This document shows, in pieces, positions 51,062-61,622 of a DNA stretch of 64,000 bases; positions within the stretch are counted from its first letter, which is position 1; the number at the start of each line of letters is the position of its first letter. Source of the DNA: Eledone cirrhosa (lineage: Eukaryota); assembly GCA_964016885.1 (NCBI GenBank), contig OZ024745.1:80166001-80230000 (forward strand), given 5' to 3'. The notes beneath the pieces were generated by a model, which made no database searches, was not told where the DNA came from, and was given only the letters and a program-made list of their open reading frames with translations. The position numbers were made by a program, and so were the translations under genes.

Positions 51062-52241
51062 CTAAAATTAAAAAAAATCATAGGTTGAAGCTGTAATGTT
51101 TACGCTTTCTGTAAATGTCTTAGCAGTAGGAAATAGTTACCCAACCATGACAAATGGAAGGATGCTGTGTTGGAAAAGACCTGTTCAACTGTTACAAGCA
51201 TAAAATAATGATGATGATGATGATGATAATCTTATGGCATGGATTGGGCGAGAGGTCATGGGCTGTCATAATTTTATGGCATGTATTGGAGGGGTTGTCA
51301 CAGGCTGTCATAATTTTATAGCATGGATTGGACAGGTTGTCATGGACTGAATCTTGATGGTTTGCAGGTCAATAAAGAATTATACTGATAAAATTTTGAG
51401 CTCAATGTAAACCACCAAAATAAAACACATCTTAACACTAGTATAACGCCATGCAGTATTGCAACTCATACGCAAACATCATACAGCATCATCTTCACTC
51501 CAAGAGAAAAACCGCGTGTTGCCAACAGGGGTAACAGCTTCCAGAACATTATTCATTATTTTTTTTGTCAGATTACTATACTTTTGGTAAACCCACCTCC
51601 ACTACTAATTGGTTCACCTAGGTAAAGGAAGCTATCAACTAATTCTAGTGCACCATCTGAGCATTTGAGGGAATTTACTTCACATATGTTCTTACTGCTA
51701 ACTACTCATGTGCATCTGTCATATACAAGGTCTACCTTTTCTGTCAATCAGCCTGCCTATAATCCGTCTTGTGTTACATTGGGTACACCCATTTAGGAAG
51801 GCTGCAATGTTTATAGACATCATTCCTTCTCCAATGACAATTTATTAAAATGTATCTACTGAGTTTGGGCTATTTCTAAACTTTCTATATTCTATCCTTC
51901 ACTAATAAATCTAAATTGTCAACAGCACACTTCATAAACTATTGGCAGAATTCAAGACTCGTCTTCATTTTGATATGTAAAGAATTCTGTAGAATATTAC
52001 AGCAATAATATGAACATATTGATGAACAATATGAGTTATAAATAGTAAATAACCTGCACCCTGAGACTACCTCAAGTCAAGAAACTCCACAAAACTGTCA
52101 TGTACAAGTCAACCTACATGATAAAGTGATCTCTCTTGAGGATCCAGCAAAGGAGATGGTTGCTTCTGATAGGACCCTCAGGAAGGCAAGGAAGAGAAGG
52201 AAAAGATGATGATGTTAACAGAATTTTATGTGTTTTCTTAC

Positions 52242-52362
52242 CTGATGTTGAAGAATTTGGTAAAGTTGTAACATCTTCAGGGGTAATTAATTCTGCCATA
52301 GTAGTTGATCCTTCAGTTGACTCAGCAGAACCATCTAGAACTGAACTAGCATTATCTAATAC
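52242..52362 (-). CDS. IAP paralog linker exon (121 nt, in-frame ATG at 52299)
   Basis: VLDNASSVLDGSAESTEGSTTMAELITPEDVTTLPNSSTS; AG/GTAAG bounded; homologous to 20264-20363. Confidence 0.8.
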
Positions 52363-52975
52363 CTTTAAGATAAAAAATGTTATAATTTCAACAAATATAC
52401 TTGTCAGTAATGCTTCAATGGTAGACACAGGTACACACTTTCTTCTGTCAATTTATAGAAATTACAGGAAAAGTATGCAAAAGTCAAGCTATTAGATAAC
52501 TAGCTAATTAAAATCTTGCAATTAGACTTGTGTGGTATTTGTAATTAGTATTTTATCTTTCAGGTTCTCCACCTTTTGCAGATGAACCTCTGTCCTAACA
52601 ACTGCCATGTGTTGATAACCAAGATAGGTACAATTTGAAAGTATTTTGTATTCTACCAATGGAGACAAAGATAATTGAACCTGAGATCAAAGAATGATCT
52701 GCTGTTATGAACTGCAACCCTAGATTCAGTTACCCACCACCTCCAAAAATCCATGCCTTGAGCACGGAAGGCTGTAGCTTTCCAGAGTAATGTACCTGAA
52801 TATCAAACACATCAGTTGTTGAATACTTCCACACAGTAGAGATTCTCAATCCATAGGAACAAATGTTATATCCATAGAGAAGACATGAGCAATGAAATGT
52901 CTGGAAGAAATATCTTGATCTACAGAAGCCAAGTTCCTGACTATGGAGCCTATCTATTATCATTATTATTATCAT

Positions 52976-54330
52976 GTCCTCCCTCAGGATCTTAATTCCT
53001 GGTTTAGTCAAGATAACGAACCACATCCAGTGGTCTTATGTATCATTACATAGTTTCCTTCTTTTTAGATTGTATCTAATATCATTTGTATTATCCTAAT
53101 TGTTACAAACAACCAGGGTTTCTGTAACATTTCCACTGTGAGATTTAGGTTTAGTTGTTTTATCAATCTATCAAAGTTCTTTGTGATTGTCCCTAAGGCA
53201 CCAACGACCACTAGTATCACATCCATCTTTTACATTTTCCACATTCTTGAAATTTCATACTTCAGGGGTCCGTAATTTGTGCACTTTTCTTCCTCTTTTC
53301 CTTCTATATGAGTATCAAATGGACAAGCTAGATCTATCAACTGTCATGTTTTGTTTTTCTTTTCGATTACAGTGATGTCTGGTCTATAATGCTCTAGCCC
53401 TTTAATGGTTTGTATGGGCTAATCCCATAAGATCTTGCAGTCTTCTGACTAATATTTTCTCCAGTTGGTGCATGTACTCCTTGTCTGCCTTTTCAAATCT
53501 CCACTTCTCACTGTTTTCAGTGGATTATTTTGGCCACACTATCATGACTCACCTTCTTACATTCATTTTAAGCAGGTTCCAGACACTCTGAGACAATGTG
53601 TGCCACTGTTTCAATTGAACCACCACACAATCGACACAGAGGAGATACATCTCTATATACTGCTTTTCTGGTATTATTCATGCAAATTACCTGATTTTGT
53701 GCTGCAATTATTGTGCTCTTTTTCCTTTTTCAAATGCCCCTTCTTTAGCCAATCTCACAATTTCATTAATTTCACATCATCTGTTGCTTTTTTGAATTGC
53801 CTGTGTAGTGCCTTGCCCTCATATGCAGTTTCATGTTCACTCGGTACCTTTTCTTTACTTTTGCCACCAGTATTAGTTCCTAACAAACCTGCTCTATTCA
53901 TTGCCCCCAGTAACTCCTCACTGGACACACATAAATATTGCTCTCACCCTTCCATTTCTATTCTAACACAATCTTCTATCCCAATCAAACCTCAGCCTCC
54001 ATTTGCTCTTTTATAATTGGTCCACATCTGCCTTGGGGGGATGTGCTCTATATATCATCAGCAGCTTCCTCATTTTGCAATCCAAAGCCTCCTACTCTGC
54101 CTTTGTCCAATCTATTCTCTGTTCACTAGCCAGAAATATTCCCCTTTCATCCCATATTTGGTTCATTTTCTTACACTACCCTCTAATTGTGGGGTCACTT
54201 TTTATCCAACATTCTATTACAAGCTTGTTTACTGCTTTCTCCCCATTCTTTGGTCCATTGCGGGAGGACGACCGACTCAGACCAGACCAACTGCACTGAG
54301 ACTGACGGACTAGACACCTTCATCATCTAG
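52976..54330 (-). mobile_element. Degenerate R4/Dong-like element
   Basis: Minus strand SPLCRLCGGSIETVAHIVSEC; TAA-type repeats near both ends. Confidence 0.7.
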
Positions 54331-54442
54331 GGTTCCAGTCCCATTTTTGCCTTTATTTTATATACTTTCTTTTGACATTTCACTCAGAGGTTTTGCATTT
54401 GTGAGGTTACGCAACTCAGTATTTTTATCATGACACCATCAC

Positions 54443-54490
<48 letters not shown>

Positions 54491-56510
54491 AGGTGGTGAA
54501 TTGGCAGTATCATTAGAGCATTGGACATTATGCTTTGCAGCATATAGTTACGGCCCTTTACATTCTGAGTTCAAATGCAGGCAAAGTTAGCTTTGCCTTT
54601 CATCCTTACAGGGTCGATAAAATAAAGTACCAGTCACGCACTGGAATCAATTTAATCGACTTCCCCCTCCCCCCAAATTGCTGGCCTTGTGCCTATATAA
54701 ACCATTATTATTATTAGATAAAATCCCGCCATGTTTAGCTTTGCTTTTTATTTTCATCCTTACAGGGTCAATACCATGTCACATATCAAGCAATACCTGT
54801 GCTTGAAGCTTTTTTAAGCGAGGAAAGGTTTTGCACGGAGCCAATCCCACTCTCTGAACATCGAATGCATTTACCCAAAAAGAGCTGGTCTACATCACTG
54901 GATGCAAACGAAGTTGCAGGTTTTATATCAGAGTAACTTTCTCCTAGAGAGGTTTTTTCATTCTCCGGAATCATCTGTCAATCCCTAAGTTGTTGTATTT
55001 CCTTAGAGTTAGTCCCTCTTACAAATTCTCGTCGCCTCTCTAACACTTCGACGATCTTATATTCAGTGAGCTCGAGGGCTTGGTCAATGTCCAACTCTCT
55101 CCAGAGTCCCGCAACCAAGCTGCCTTACCCAAACGGTTTGCATAAGTGTACTTCATTGTCCCGACCTTGCCTTCTTTCCTCCATCCACGCCTGCTCCTCT
55201 TTAGTAGGTGACATCCTCTCTTTCCCAGCTTGGACTAGTTCCACCAGGGAGTTGGATGAAGCTTTCCTACAGTGGAGAGAGCTGGGTTTGTCAGTCCCAG
55301 TTATTGATGAGAATAGACGGAAGCAGAAAGTTTAGGACAATCTGCATTCGAGGGAAACTGCCAACTCTCTCTTTGATCTCTCCAATTAATTTTCTAGGTG
55401 CTGCTTACTTTCTGCTAGCACAAAGTTCTTGGGGGACTGGACTGATGCCCTGCCTGTGGCCAATATTGGTGGCCTTCTCAGTCAGGACGAACTCCGCATC
55501 TCCATTGCACTTCGTGTGGGAGCCGACATCTGTTGGCGTCTGAGATGCCGCTGTGGTAGGTCCCTCGACTCCACAGGTTTACATGGTTTGTCCTGCCGCC
55601 TGAATGCTGGTCATTTTGCCCGTCACACCGTGCTAAATTTGATCATCAAACGGGCCCTGGCTCGGGTTAATGTCCCCGCAGTTCTGGAACTGGCTGGTTT
55701 AGCCAGAAGTAATGGAAAGAGATCAGACGGTCTTACCCTTTGTCCCTGGGTGAGAGATAGGTGTCTCATCTGGGACATCACAATCAGTGACTCTTTTGCC
55801 CCCTCCCACATCATGGACGCCGCAGTGAATGCGGGGATCACAGCTTCTGCTGCCGAATGGAATAAAATTCGGAAATACCAGGACTTATCAAACAATTATT
55901 TTTTTCAACCTGTGGCGTTCCAGACGTTCGGTCGAGTTGGGTCGCTGACAGCGAAGTTCTTGTCTTCACTGATGGCTCGCCTTACTGAGGCGTCAGGTGA
56001 TGCCCGTGTGGGTGCTTGGTTATTTCAGCGCCTTAGCCTAGCCATCACGTGTTGGCTTGCCTGAAAGTTAACCCCCAAGGTGTGAGGTGTTGCAGATTGT
56101 TACACTTTGGTGGTGAATTACCCCCCCTCCCCCCTTTCCTTTATCATTTTTGTTCATGAATTTATATTATTGTGTTATTATACACGGTTTAAACATATTT
56201 GTCCTTCTGAACGAATTGCGAGCAATTTTTGGTGTTCTTTACGCATTTTTTATGTTATTTATGTATATATTTAAACCATATTTGCAACGTTATCCTACTG
56301 TAAATTTATACAACTGTAATAAAATTACCATATATTACAAAATATGCTGCGTTAGTTAATTAAAGAATTTTAATATCCACGATTATAAATTACACAATAC
56401 AAAACACATCTTAATTATCGTTTTTATATTTTATAATAAAATATGCAGACACAGACACTATTATAAAAATTAAAGTAACGAGCTTTTACAACTTGATAAG
56501 GACGTAGGGA

Positions 56511-56520
56511 CGCCATCTTG
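56511..56520 (-). promoter_or_regulatory. YY1-type CAAGATGGCG motif, possible 5' end of the minus-strand gene
   Basis: Exact motif in a small CpG-containing patch upstream of the paralog exons. Confidence 0.3.
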
Positions 56521-57699
56521 ACACACGTCGTGTTTTGGATATTTAAATGCAGAAAAACGAAGAGTCGTGTTGTCATGAACCTTTCCTATGTTGTCACGCA
56601 CTTATGTGTGGGTGTGTTTATGATACATATATAAATTATGATACATATATAAATGTGTTTATGATACATATACCTTCATATACATCCCTGTGATGTACAG
56701 CAGTTTGAAATAAGAAAAAGAATTACCTAGAAATATCCTGAAATCCTTTATATCAAGTCATTTCTCGTGTCTTTCAGTAAAATAAGTAAACAAGTTGTTA
56801 ATTGTTTGGTTTTGGCTCTTTACATTGCGAGTTTAAATCCCGCCTTGGTCAACTTCACCTTTCATACTTCCTGGAACGATAAAATGAAGTAGTGAGTGAA
56901 TTTGTAAAAGTTTATTCGCGTGTATAGCTCGTTTTTCTCTGCCACATATCACTCACTGCCTTTACGTTATTTTAATGTAAAGATCGTTTGTTACTCCCCG
57001 TCTGGCATTCTTCACACTGCTTATTTTATCTCCCTTCCCACTACTTGTAGTGGTGGTGGTGGTAATGGCGTTATGATGTCCTGGTAGTCCGGGTGTAATG
57101 TTTTTTTTATCTACAATGGTTTCAGATTTAGGCACAAGGCCAGCAATTTGGGGGAGGGGAAAATCGACTCCAGTGCGTGACGTACTTTATTTTATCGACC
57201 CCTTAACGATTAAAGGCATAGCTAACCTCGACAGGATTTGAACTCAGAACGCAAAGGGCTGTAACTCTATGTCGCGAAGTAGAGTATCCGACGCTCTACC
57301 GATACTGCAAATCTACCGCCCTGCGGTGTGTGTCTGTAGGTCTCACGACAAAGGGCACCCAGTCCACACTATAAAGTGGTCGTGTTGGAGTCACGACAAA
57401 AAGCACACACTGTAAATGTGGTTGGCATTAGGAAGAACATGCAACCGTAGAAACCTGACTTAAAATTGTCCTATATGAGCAAGTCACGGTCACCTAACCC
57501 AACTTGCTTTTGATGGGACAACCTGTCTAACCCATGCTAGCGTGGAAAATGGACGTCAAACGGTGATGATACATAATTCAAATTAAAAAGTATAAGTATA
57601 TAGTATTATATCATAAGAGAAACAGTATTTTGTACGTATATATAAAGCATATATATATAACTTTTTCGCATTGAAGTATATACTGTTTCCCAAATATTA

Positions 57700-57867
57700 C
57701 CGTATTTCCCGGCGTCGAAGACACTACTTTTTTCCTAAAATAAGTCTCAAAAATCTACCATGCGTCCTGGAGGCCGAAGGTTGTTTATTTTTTTTTTTTC
57801 AAATTTTTGGTTGCCAAAATTAGGGTGCGTCCTCGAGGACGAAGCGTCTCGGCGCCGGGAAATACGG
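57700..57867. mobile_element. MITE (pogo/Tigger type) with TA TSD
   Basis: TIR CCGTATTTCCCGGCG / CGCCGGGAAATACGG flanked by TA. Confidence 0.9.
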
Positions 57868-58189
57868 TATATGCTATATACATATATTTTTTAATTTGAA
57901 TTATTGATGCTCTGGACAAACATCCATTGAGCTTTTCTGCTGAGAAGCATATTCATCATACATATTATATATGTTATGATACTTTGTATTAGTATATATA
58001 GAGAGAGAGATGTATTATGTGTGCGTATAGCGAGTATGATGCTAGGGTGGATAGTGGTGTTACGGTGTTTATTCAGTTGTTGTTGTGTGTACTCACTTAT
58101 GGATTGCTCAGTGATGTGGTCATCTGTCACTGTTGTATGGAGTGTAGGCGAAGGAATTTTGTGCCTGATGCAGTGTGACCAGAGATTGT

Positions 58190-60950
58190 AGATAAAGCAA
58201 TTAAAAACATGAAGGTAGGGAAGGCAGCTGGACCATCTGGTATAGTTGGTGAGCTGCCAAAAGCGCCTGGCATGGTAAGATATGTGCTAATCAGATGCAT
58301 AGTTAATCAAGTAGGACCTAAAGAGCTTATACCCAATGGCTGGTGCAGCTGTATCACAGTAAATTGCTACAATGGCAAGGGAGATACATTAAAGAGAAGT
58401 AATTACAGAGGTATCAAGTTAATGGACCAGATCATGAAAGTTGATGAAAGTGTTATAGCACAATTAATCATGGATAGAATCCAGTTAGATGAGATGCAGT
58501 CTGGATTTATGCTAAATGGGGGCACTACCAATGCCTTCTTTCTGGTGAGGTACTTAGCTAAGAGTTAAGCCAATGTATCTAGCTTTTGCAGATCTGGAGA
58601 ATGCTTTGACAGGGTTCCACGCTCTATATTCTGGTGGGCACTCAAAAAACTAGGTATAGACAAATGGCTTGTGAGGTTCATGCATGCCAGGTATAAAGAC
58701 GTGACCAGCAGAGTGAGAGTTGGCAATGAGTACAGTGATGAATTTGAAGTGCAGGTGCAGGTCCACCTGGGCTCAGTCTTCAGTCCACTCCTCTTTATCA
58801 TTGTCCTTCAGGGCCATCCCTGAGGAGTTTAAAACTGGCACTCTATGAGAGCTCTTATATGCTGATGACCTAGTCCTCATAGCTGAATCCATAGGAGAGT
58901 TAAAGACAAAATTTCAAGCATGTAATTTATGGAGTGGGATTGCAGGCTGGTTAACGGAAAAGATAGACTTTATATGTGACAGATTCCTTCAGTTGCCTGG
59001 GAGGTTCCCTAGACGTAGTTGACAACTTTTGTTACACAGGCAATCAAATTAGGAGTAGGAGCCAGTCCAGCTCTTTTTCCTAGCTTCTTGAAAGCCTCCT
59101 TTGATGATGGGTGAAGGTTTTTCTTTTCTGCCAGTTATTTTATTGATTAAAGCCCATGTAGCTGTGTGCTATTTGTTCATATGAAGGGTCTTAAGTTTGT
59201 TTATTTTTCCTTCTACATACTCTGCAAGAGCAGTTGTGTAGCCTCATCAAGATCTTTTTTGCATTGGGTCATTTCACTTTTCAGTAAGCTAGTTGGATTT
59301 GAGTTGTACTGAGAAAAAAGACTTTGCAGTTTTTTGCGCGCTGGGGATACTAAGGTATGTGAGCTTAATTTCGTGAGCTTCCTTTTGGTCTTTGTACATA
59401 AAAGGAGAGTAAAATTTGCTAGCCACTGCCATCATGCCACCTATGAAACCACAAGCAGTCACTAATAACAGGGGGCACAACTTCTCCTACCTTGATGTAA
59501 TCTCCAGAGATTCTGGTATTGAAATCCAGGACTTGGCATCGGCAATGAACGACAGACCCACGTAGAGATCAATTGTTGAGTCCATTTTGGCTGAGGCAGC
59601 TGGATGATGAGGAGTTGGGGAGGATGCACCAAACGTGTGATAGCTAGGATAAGAACAGGCTGGAAGAAGTTTAGAGGGCAGTTACCGCTGCTGACAAGGG
59701 CTTTTCTCTCAGAATGAAGAGTAGACTATATGATGCCTGTGTGTGAACTGCAATGCTACATGAATCTCGACTGCATAATGCCTACAGAGGCTAGAAAGAA
59801 ATGAATAGAGCATTCTCCAATGGATGTGCATGAGCAGCATAGCATAAGCAAATTGAGAAGAAAACTTGGCATAAGAGGAATTAGATGTACTGTGTGAGAG
59901 AGAAGACTGCATTGGTATGTACATGTTATACATATGGAAGAAAGCAGCTGCATAAAGATATGCAAAAAAAACCCAGTGGCTGGGATCCATGGAAGAGGCA
60001 ACCCCAAGAAGACATAAGATGAAGTTGTGAAAACCGACCTTTAAAAACAGATATGACAAAGGACCACCTCTATGCTATGGTGGTGAAGACCCGACCAACA
60101 GCAGTCAATGTGACCTAACATATTCCCATGTCCTCCCTCCCTCTCCCTCCTCCTTCCCCTTCCACTAGCACTCCCTAACAGCTATTTCTCACCATCACTA
60201 CACCACCCCCTCAAACACTCACTCATTAGCTGCTGCCTCCTCCAAAGCCTCTAGACACCCTCAATATTCGCACTCTAGTAACCAGTCTCCTCACTCTTAT
60301 GCATCCCACCCATTCCCTCTCCACTAGCACTCTTAGCAGCTATCCTCATCAACACTACATAACCCACTCCTACTATACTCCCTCCCAAACTCATCCCTTA
60401 GCTGCTATCTCCTCCACCACCACCACCACCAAATAAAAAGAAAATGCTTTAGATGCCCCCACTATCGCATCCTAGTAGCTACTCTCTGCACCCCACCTAT
60501 TCGCCCTCCACTATCATTCCTTAGCTATCCCCTCCATCAATACATCTCCCTTTCCCATCACTGGTGAGTGCCAACCCCACCACTTCGATGTTCTCATTTC
60601 CATGGGAAAAAACAAAGGGTCAAGAGGACTCTTCATTTGTGCCACCGTATGCCAACCTCTCTAGTGTTGTGATATACCTGATAAATACACTCAGTACATG
60701 TGGTAGGAAGAACATCCAGCCATAGAAAGCTTGCCAAACAAAGGGTTGGGAGGACTCTTCAGTTGTGTCAAAGACATTACAACCTATCCTGTTCACTTGG
60801 TAGAATGTAAGACTATACATAAGAGAGATGTATACCCTTGGCCTGTCTGGGAGGTCAGTAACTTCGCTTCAGTACTGACTTGGTCTATGTAGACTCGTCC
60901 AACCCTTGCTAGCAGGGAAAGCGTTCAATAAAACAACAATGATGATGATA
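58190..60950 (+). mobile_element. Old fragmented RTE copy
   Basis: MKVGKAAGPSGI..NYRGIKLMDQ and LYADDL remnants, degenerate tail; interrupted at about 58930-59610. Confidence 0.75.
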
Positions 60951-61104
60951 TATATATAACAAAGAGGGTGTGGTAAGATACCAGGTGGACCCATAACGCA
61001 CCAGAGTACTCATTACTTGGAGTAGTAGAGTGGGTAATATGATCTAGCTGTCAAAACAGCCGGAGCTCAGTCGTCGGAGTCCTGAATCTTTTCATATATT
61101 TATA

Positions 61105-61136
<32 letters not shown>

Positions 61137-61422
61137 ATAAATATAATCTGAGTTTTTCAAATATTAATAACATTCGATTCGTTTGCAATTATGCAAACAA
61201 GCCTCATTTTTAAAGCCATGTTAGTAGAATGAACAACTTCATTCTTGCTCTTGTGTTGGCATGTTAACAGAACTGCAGACACTAAAGTTTCTGGGTATCA
61301 CCCTTCGTCAGTACACCTGAAATGCCCATGTGCCATGTAAAGAAAGGCTCACGAGCTGCCCAAGTATTGCAAAGATGTGTGGCAATTTTGGGGGATGAAT
61401 GCACAATGGTGTACAAACACAC

Positions 61423-61622
61423 NNNNNNNNNNNNNNNNNNNNNNNNNNNNNNNNNNNNNNNNNNNNNNNNNNNNNNNNNNNNNNNNNNNNNNNNNNNNNN
61501 NNNNNNNNNNNNNNNNNNNNNNNNNNNNNNNNNNNNNNNNNNNNNNNNNNNNNNNNNNNNNNNNNNNNNNNNNNNNNNNNNNNNNNNNNNNNNNNNNNNN
61601 NNNNNNNNNNNNNNNNNNNNNN
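61423..61622. other. Assembly gap (200 N)
   Basis: Run of N. Confidence 1.
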
